A DNA stretch of 64,000 nucleotides from Dehalococcoidia bacterium (lineage in GTDB: Bacteria > Chloroflexota > Dehalococcoidia > Lucifugimonadales > Australimonadaceae): NCBI GenBank assembly GCA_965208625.1, contig OZ242348.1, positions 1,391,545-1,455,544 on the forward strand, in the 5' to 3' direction. The translations under genes and the position numbers were made by a program. Every line of letters begins with the position of its first letter. Position 1 is the stretch's first letter. A model generated the notes under the pieces. It saw nothing but the letters and a program-made list of their open reading frames with translations, was not told where the DNA came from and did not search any database. Shown here piece after piece: positions 58,802 to 64,000 of the stretch.

Positions 58802-58830
58802 TTGATGTTTCACTGGCCATCCCTTAGTAT
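58802..58830 (+). promoter_or_regulatory. sigma70-like promoter TTGATG-N17-TAGTAT upstream of the integrase gene
   Basis: Hexamers at 58802-58807 and 58825-58830. The predicted short leader carries two GTGACAAC copies (58842, 58854) and no Shine-Dalgarno sequence. Confidence 0.4.
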
Positions 58831-58863
58831 GGCATCATAAAGTGACAACGCAGGTGACAACAG

Positions 58864-60036
58864 ATGCCACGTCTATCTGGAGCATTCGTTAGGACCGTAA
58901 CCAAGCCCGGTCGCTACGGCGATGGCGGACGGGGCTCGCATGGACTTGCCTTACTGGTCAAACCCACCACAACGGACAGGGTGCCCAAGTCATGGGTGCA
59001 ACGCATCCGGGTCAATGGGCGGTCTACGAACATCGGGCTAGGGCCGTACCCCCTTGTCACCCTAGCACAAGCACGCGAGGTCGCCATCGAGAACACGAGG
59101 GCCGTAAGGACCGGGGCAGACCCTCAAGCCGACCGCAAACGTAAGACGACAATCCCGACCTTCGCCGAGGCAGCCGAAAGGGTCATCGCTCTCTATTCTG
59201 AGAGTTGGAAGGATGGCAGCCGGACTGCGAGGATCTGGCGCTCACGGCTCGCAGAGTACGTTTACCCCGCCGTTGGGCGTTTCAGGATTGACGAGCTCAC
59301 AACCGCCCACGTCCTCAATGTGCTCACTCCGATATGGGCAACCCGGCGAGAGACAGCCCGGAAGGTGCGGCAGTATCTCAATGCAGTCATGGCATGGGCT
59401 GTGGCCCAAGGCTACCGTGAGGACAACCCAGCTGCGGCAGACGTTATCAGCGCGGCGATGCCACGCGCAGGCAACGTGACGCAGCATCACCGAGCCCTCG
59501 GGTATACGGACGTTCCGGCTGCTCTTGCTGGGGTGCAGGCCTCCAACGCCTACGCATCCACGAAGGATGCGCTTGCGTTCCTCGTGCTTACAGCAGCCCG
59601 ATCTGGCGAAGTTCGAGGCGCGACCTGGACAGAGATCGACCTCGATACCGCGACGTGGACCATTCCTGGAGCGCGCATGAAGACAGGGCGCGAGCACCGT
59701 GTCCCGCTATCCAGCGCTGCACTTGAAGTGCTGCATCGAGCCCACGAGTACGCTGACTCGTCCGGCCTCCTGTTTCCGTCCATCAGGGGAAGAGCGCTCT
59801 CAGACAATACGCTGTCGAAGCTACTGCGCGACAACGGAGTCCTCTGCGTGCCGCACGGATTCCGCTCCACGTTCAGGGTGTGGGCCGCAGAGTGCTCTTC
59901 TGCGCCGCGGGAAATCGCGGAGATGGCATTGGCTCACGTCGAGGGCAGTGCGGCGGAACTTGCGTATCGTCGGACAGACTATTTCGAGGCGCGAAGGTCG
60001 CTTATGGAGGAATGGGCAAAGGCCTGCCAGCCTTAG
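58864..60036 (+). CDS. int: tyrosine-type site-specific recombinase (P4-like integrase with N-terminal arm-binding domain)
   Basis: 390 aa. N-terminus ...KPGRYGDGGRGSHGLALLVKPTTTDRVPKSWVQRIRVNGRSTNIGLGPYP. C-terminal catalytic segments HGFRSTF and LAHVEGSAAELAYRRTDY. Confidence 0.9.
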   Translation: MPRLSGAFVRTVTKPGRYGDGGRGSHGLALLVKPTTTDRVPKSWVQRIRVNGRSTNIGLGPYPLVTLAQAREVAIENTRAVRTGADPQADRKRKTTIPTFAEAAERVIALYSESWKDGSRTARIWRSRLAEYVYPAVGRFRIDELTTAHVLNVLTPIWATRRETARKVRQYLNAVMAWAVAQGYREDNPAAADVISAAMPRAGNVTQHHRALGYTDVPAALAGVQASNAYASTKDALAFLVLTAARSGEVRGATWTEIDLDTATWTIPGARMKTGREHRVPLSSAALEVLHRAHEYADSSGLLFPSIRGRALSDNTLSKLLRDNGVLCVPHGFRSTFRVWAAECSSAPREIAEMALAHVEGSAAELAYRRTDYFEARRSLMEEWAKACQP

Positions 60037-60215
60037 GGGACGGAGGTTTCCATCTCCTCCGAAGGGGGCCGGGCAGGCATCCACTCACCGATGGAGAACT
60101 TCCCGCAGGAGAGGCCCCCCGAGCACCGTGGCCCAGCCCTGTCAGATTTCGGACCCATCGCTCTCTTCCAACAGCTTCGTCGCTCCTACAAGCAATCAGC
60201 GCAGGCGTCATCAGC

Positions 60216-60264
60216 CACCAGTGATCGCTGGTGTCTCAGTTGAGACTGGAGCAGACTGAGACAC
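60216..60264 (+). other. two overlapping perfect hairpins downstream of int
   Basis: CACCAG-TGATCG-CTGGTG (60216-60233) and GTGTCTCAGT-N14-ACTGAGACAC (60231-60264). They share GTG, so they are mutually exclusive. Confidence 0.5.
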
Positions 60265-60413
60265 TACTCATCACTTGGGGCCTGTAATTGGACTCATGTC
60301 GCTGAGGGCATGTACCGTCATCGGCGTATGTGTCTTTCGGCGACATGAGGGGAACGGTATCGCGGGGTCATTTCCTGACACTTTGAAGATAGGGGGCCTC
60401 AGGGGGAGAAGGC

Positions 60414-61412
60414 TTGTGCACTTGGGTTGTTGGAGTGAGCCTATTGCCACTGGCTGCAATCGGACTACTGGTATGGGGTCATGGGCGCCCTGTGGTCCCA
60501 TGGCTCGCGCTGGCTACTGTAGTCGTTAGTGCAGTGCCGGTCTTCAGTTTGTCGGCCACGCTCGCGACCTACGGCAGCGCCGGGGCAGACCTCCACACGT
60601 TCAGGACACTTACCAACGGTCTCGGAACAGCGTCCTACGGTTTTGCCGGTCTCGGCGTCCTCGCGCTGTGTGTCCGGCTGCGACCGGTGGCATTCATACC
60701 CCTCGGCGCGGTCCTCGCGGGACTCATCCTGATCGGCTCCTTCTACCAGTACATCCCACCTTCCAACTCGGGCTCAGCGGTCACCCTGCTATTCGCAGGG
60801 CCGGGGTTTGCCCTAGTCATCTATGGGCTCTACTTATGGCGCCGCAATGGGCTGTCAGGTAGCCTGCAGGAGTGGAACCCAGGCTTGAAACTGGTCACGG
60901 TGCTGGGGATTGTGGCCGGATTCGGAGTCGCTGGGTTGCTTGCCTATCAGACCGAGCCTAACCGCCCCAACTGGACTTTTCAGCCACTCGACTTGCCTCG
61001 TCTCGGAGCGACTTCCGAGTTGGTTGTGGAGGGTGTGGTGGTCAACAAAGAGGCTTGGAGCAGGGAGTCTCATCGGCCAAGCGGCAGGAGATACACGATC
61101 AGATACACCATCTACCGCGTGGATGTCTCCCAGGTCTGGAGGGGAGAGGAGGCGGAGTCCGTGTCTGTAGCGGTGGCAGATTGGAGCCCCGTTAGCCTTA
61201 CGCAGGGTCAGTCTTATCTGTTGTTCTCCTCAGGAATGGCAAACCAAGAAGACTTCCCTGGCCATTGGCGGCTGAGCGAACCGCATAGGGTGTGGACTGT
61301 CGAGGATGGCATCTTCCATCCGCATTTTGGCCTAGATCCTTCGAGACCATTAGGCCGCGAGAGGGTGGTTGAACTCCTTCTAGAAAATCCGTTGAGTACT
61401 CCCACACCGTAG
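60414..61412 (+). CDS. hypothetical polytopic membrane protein with a C-terminal soluble domain
   Basis: 332 aa with a TTG start in the track (GGGGGAGAAGG upstream). About 6 TM segments followed by a ~150-aa beta-rich domain. No motif recognised. Confidence 0.5.
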   Translation: MCTWVVGVSLLPLAAIGLLVWGHGRPVVPWLALATVVVSAVPVFSLSATLATYGSAGADLHTFRTLTNGLGTASYGFAGLGVLALCVRLRPVAFIPLGAVLAGLILIGSFYQYIPPSNSGSAVTLLFAGPGFALVIYGLYLWRRNGLSGSLQEWNPGLKLVTVLGIVAGFGVAGLLAYQTEPNRPNWTFQPLDLPRLGATSELVVEGVVVNKEAWSRESHRPSGRRYTIRYTIYRVDVSQVWRGEEAESVSVAVADWSPVSLTQGQSYLLFSSGMANQEDFPGHWRLSEPHRVWTVEDGIFHPHFGLDPSRPLGRERVVELLLENPLSTPTP

Positions 61413-61608
61413 GCAGAGTAGGCGTGGCTGGCTAGGGGTGATACCCGGCGAATAGCGGCGAACGACCTGCCACTACTCGTGCTGCTTGGCCTTTCAGCAC
61501 TGAGCGGCTAAGGTCGCTGCTAGCCTGGTCTTGGCATGCAGTTTCTCCGTTGCGTTGCCTATCCAGTTGCCGAGCATATAGGTTCCCGTATTGAGGAGGA
61601 AGGCAGCC

Positions 61609-64000
61609 ATGAATAATGCTCGGAGCGTCGGCGCTCTAGTTGGCGAGACCGTCGTTGACTTTCTCCGGGGAGCCGTCGAGAGGCATGGTCCTCGCGACGC
61701 CCTCCTGTTCAAGCCGGCATTCCGGTATCTACGTTGGACCTACTCCCGTCTGTGGGACGAGTCAGGGCAGGTCGCAACTCTCCTCCAACGCCGGGGGCTG
61801 AGGAAAGGGGACCAAGTCATCCTCTGGGGCCCCAATTCCCCCCACTGGGTGCTCATCTTCTTCGGCTGCCTGAGGGCGGGAGTCGTTCTCGTCCCCCTCG
61901 ACCTACGCAGCGCTCCCGACTACGTCGCAAGGGTCGCGTCCAGAACGGAGCCGAAGCTGGCCTTCACGTCGCGGTTCACTCCAAAGGGAGAGGTTGACCT
62001 CGGCATCCCGGAGATGGCCTTCGAGGATCTCGAGGCCGCCATCGCCGGTCTGCCCGAGCCGGAGGACGTGGAAATAGAGCCGAACGACCTTGCGGAGATC
62101 ATGTTCACATCCGGCACGACGGGCGACCCGAAGGGTGTCATGCTCACCCATCGGAATCTGACGGCGAATATCGAAGGTGTAGCCCAGTACATCTCCTGCG
62201 CGCCCTCCGGCAGGCTCCTGTCCATCCTTCCCCTGAGTCACATGTACGAGCAGATGGGCGGGTTGTTCGTGACCCTGCACAACGGCGCCAGCGTGACCTA
62301 CCCCACCAGCCGCCAGCCGACCGTTCTCTCCCGGACGATGCGCGAGCGCAAGATCACCATCATGCTGCTCGTCCCCCAGGGGCTGGAGCTGCTCATGAAC
62401 GGGATCGAGCGGGAGGTGGCCCGGCAGAACAAGCAGGCCCTGTGGAATAAGCTCCTCAAGGTAGCCGGACGGACACCGTTCCGGCTGCGACGTCATCTCT
62501 TCCGCCGGGTGCACAAGCAGTTCGGGGGAAAGCTGGACTTCATCGTCTCAGGCGGGGCCGCGCTGGATGCAGACCTCGCGCGCAAGTGGGAGCTGCTCGG
62601 AGTCAAGATCGTCCAGGGCTACGGGACCACCGAGGCGTCGCCCGTCATCAGCAATCACACCATCGAGGAGCGGCGCCACGACTCCACCGGCCGGCCGCTG
62701 CCGAACGTTGAGGTCAGGATCAGCAGCGAGGGCGAGATACTGGCGCGCGGGGAGAACATCACCCCCGGCTACTGGCGCGCACCGGAGGAGACCGCCAAGG
62801 TCTTCGACGGCGACTGGTACAGGACGGGCGACCTGGGTTACTTCGACGGCGAGGGGTTCCTGCATATCCAGGGTCGGATGAAGGACATGATCGTGCTGCC
62901 GAGCGGCCAGAACGTCTTCCCAGAGGACATCCAGTCGGTCCTGGTGAAGCACCCCCGGGTCAAGGATGCCTCCGTGGTGGGACTGGCGAAGGGTTCGTCC
63001 GTGGAGGTGCACGCGGCCCTGATCCTGGACGATGCCGGCGATGCCCAAGACGCGGTCGCGTGGACCAACGACCAGCTTGCCGAACAGCAACGGATCAGGG
63101 GCTTCACCGTCTGGCAGGACGAGGACTTCCCCCGCACGCACACGCTAAAGGTGAAGAAGCAGATCATCATCGATACGATTCTCGGGAGGCTGCAGCCGGA
63201 GCCCCCGACTGCGGCGCCTTCCGGCGGCAGGCTGGCGGGCGGACAGAGGGGCCTGCTCCACATCATCGCCGAGGTGAGCAAACGCGACGTCGGGGACCTC
63301 GTTGACGAGGCGGCACTCGGCGACGACCTCGAACTCGACTCGCTCGGCCGGGTCGAGCTGCTGTCGGCGGTCGAAGCAGAGCTCGGCGTCTACATGGATG
63401 AGAGCCAGGTGGGCCCGGAGACGACGGTCCGGCAACTCGCCGGCCTCGTGGAGAAGGGGTCGAGGAACCCGCCCATGATGAGCTTCCCGCGTTGGGGCAT
63501 GCAGTGGTGGTGCCGCATGACCCGCGGACTCCTTCAACGGGGAGTCGTCTTCCCGCTCGTCGCCCTTCCCTACGGCCTGAGGGTGACGGGCCGCGAGCAC
63601 TTGGAAGGCATCACCGGCCCCGTGCTCTTCGCGTCGAACCACAACCTCGGTCTGGACAACCCGTTAATCATCAAGGCCGTTCCCCTCAAGTGGCGTCGCC
63701 GGATGGCCGTGGCGGGGGCTGCCGATCTCTGGAGGAACCCGGTCTGGTGGATCATGAACCCACTCCTGGGAAACGGCTTCCCGCTGGCAAGGGAAGGCTC
63801 CGTCAGGCCCAGCCTGGAGAATATGGGGAAGATCATGGACGACGGCTGGTCCGTGCTCATCTACCCGGAAGGCGAACTCACCGTCGGAGGCCCGATCAAG
63901 CCCTTCATGAGCGGCGCCGGACTCGTCGCCGTCGAGGGACGTATCCCCGTCGTTCCGCTGCGCCTGCACGTCCACAAGCTGGGCTCGCCCAGACGATTCC
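61609..64000 (+). CDS. tri-domain fusion: AMP-dependent acyl ligase + acyl carrier domain + PlsC-type acyltransferase; 3' end lies outside the window
   Basis: Not in the ORF track because there is no stop before the window end. Frame 1 is open from ATG 61609 (GAGGAGGAAGG upstream). Motifs: TSGTTGDPKG, GYGTTE, YRTGDLG, GRMKDM; DDLELDSLGRVELL; SNHNLGLD (H-x4-D) and IYPEGE. Confidence 0.85.
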   Translation, partial: MNNARSVGALVGETVVDFLRGAVERHGPRDALLFKPAFRYLRWTYSRLWDESGQVATLLQRRGLRKGDQVILWGPNSPHWVLIFFGCLRAGVVLVPLDLRSAPDYVARVASRTEPKLAFTSRFTPKGEVDLGIPEMAFEDLEAAIAGLPEPEDVEIEPNDLAEIMFTSGTTGDPKGVMLTHRNLTANIEGVAQYISCAPSGRLLSILPLSHMYEQMGGLFVTLHNGASVTYPTSRQPTVLSRTMRERKITIMLLVPQGLELLMNGIEREVARQNKQALWNKLLKVAGRTPFRLRRHLFRRVHKQFGGKLDFIVSGGAALDADLARKWELLGVKIVQGYGTTEASPVISNHTIEERRHDSTGRPLPNVEVRISSEGEILARGENITPGYWRAPEETAKVFDGDWYRTGDLGYFDGEGFLHIQGRMKDMIVLPSGQNVFPEDIQSVLVKHPRVKDASVVGLAKGSSVEVHAALILDDAGDAQDAVAWTNDQLAEQQRIRGFTVWQDEDFPRTHTLKVKKQIIIDTILGRLQPEPPTAAPSGGRLAGGQRGLLHIIAEVSKRDVGDLVDEAALGDDLELDSLGRVELLSAVEAELGVYMDESQVGPETTVRQLAGLVEKGSRNPPMMSFPRWGMQWWCRMTRGLLQRGVVFPLVALPYGLRVTGREHLEGITGPVLFASNHNLGLDNPLIIKAVPLKWRRRMAVAGAADLWRNPVWWIMNPLLGNGFPLAREGSVRPSLENMGKIMDDGWSVLIYPEGELTVGGPIKPFMSGAGLVAVEGRIPVVPLRLHVHKLGSPRRF

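Larger units (their letters stand above)
58600..61600. mobile_element. putative integrated islet (integrase plus ORFan membrane protein); boundaries undefined
   Basis: Visibly lower G+C than the flanks, with an integrase gene at the left end. I could not identify att repeats or an adjacent tRNA. Confidence 0.35.

Noticed and set aside
60091-60243. 50-codon ORF downstream of int as an excisionase
   Set aside because: There is no HTH or winged-helix pattern (MENFPQERPPEHRGPALSDFG...) and no SD, and the ORF ends inside the hairpin region.
58793-60248. TGAGACTG 8-mer on both sides of the integrase gene as attL/attR
   Set aside because: An 8-bp match between two ~300-bp regions is expected about once by chance, and the flanking bases do not extend the match.

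Overview
G+C-rich, densely coding chromosomal segment in which third codon positions are almost all G/C. I support about 60 genes. Most encode catabolic enzymes: four amidohydrolase-superfamily genes, two luciferase-like (F420-type) oxidoreductases, a DDN-type deazaflavin reductase, VOC, cupin, FAH, HpcH, CitE and CaiB enzymes, and a Mo-hydroxylase large subunit. Transporters are an RND pump, four MFS, TctCAB and an orphan family-5 binding lipoprotein. There is one tRNA-Arg(UCG). I saw no rRNA, CRISPR array or transposase.

Main observations:
1. Two genes make sense only if an in-frame UGA is read as selenocysteine: a GrdB/PrdB-family protein and a BCP/peroxiredoxin-like protein with U at the catalytic Cys position. 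Each has a SECIS-like hairpin just downstream.
2. Two probable gene lesions: a haloalkane dehalogenase with TGA at a conserved Arg codon, and a GNAT gene with a 1-nt frameshift.
3. A family of short G+C-rich hairpin modules is reused in mosaic fashion in at least eight intergenic regions.
4. A 1-kb two-gene cassette (HTH protein plus unknown) is bracketed by ~135-bp direct repeats and preceded by a 16-bp palindrome and 10-bp-phased TGAGCAG iterons.
5. A lower-G+C islet carries a tyrosine integrase and a multi-TM ORFan.
6. A ~1468-aa secreted Ig-like repeat protein.
7. A long ORF absent from the supplied track because it runs off the window end: an adenylating enzyme-ACP-PlsC acyltransferase fusion.
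8. Several structured or operator-like non-coding regions.

Gene content and lipoprotein-type binding proteins suggest a Chloroflexota- or Actinomycetota-like monoderm. This is inference only. The many long antisense ORFs in the track are high-G+C artefacts.
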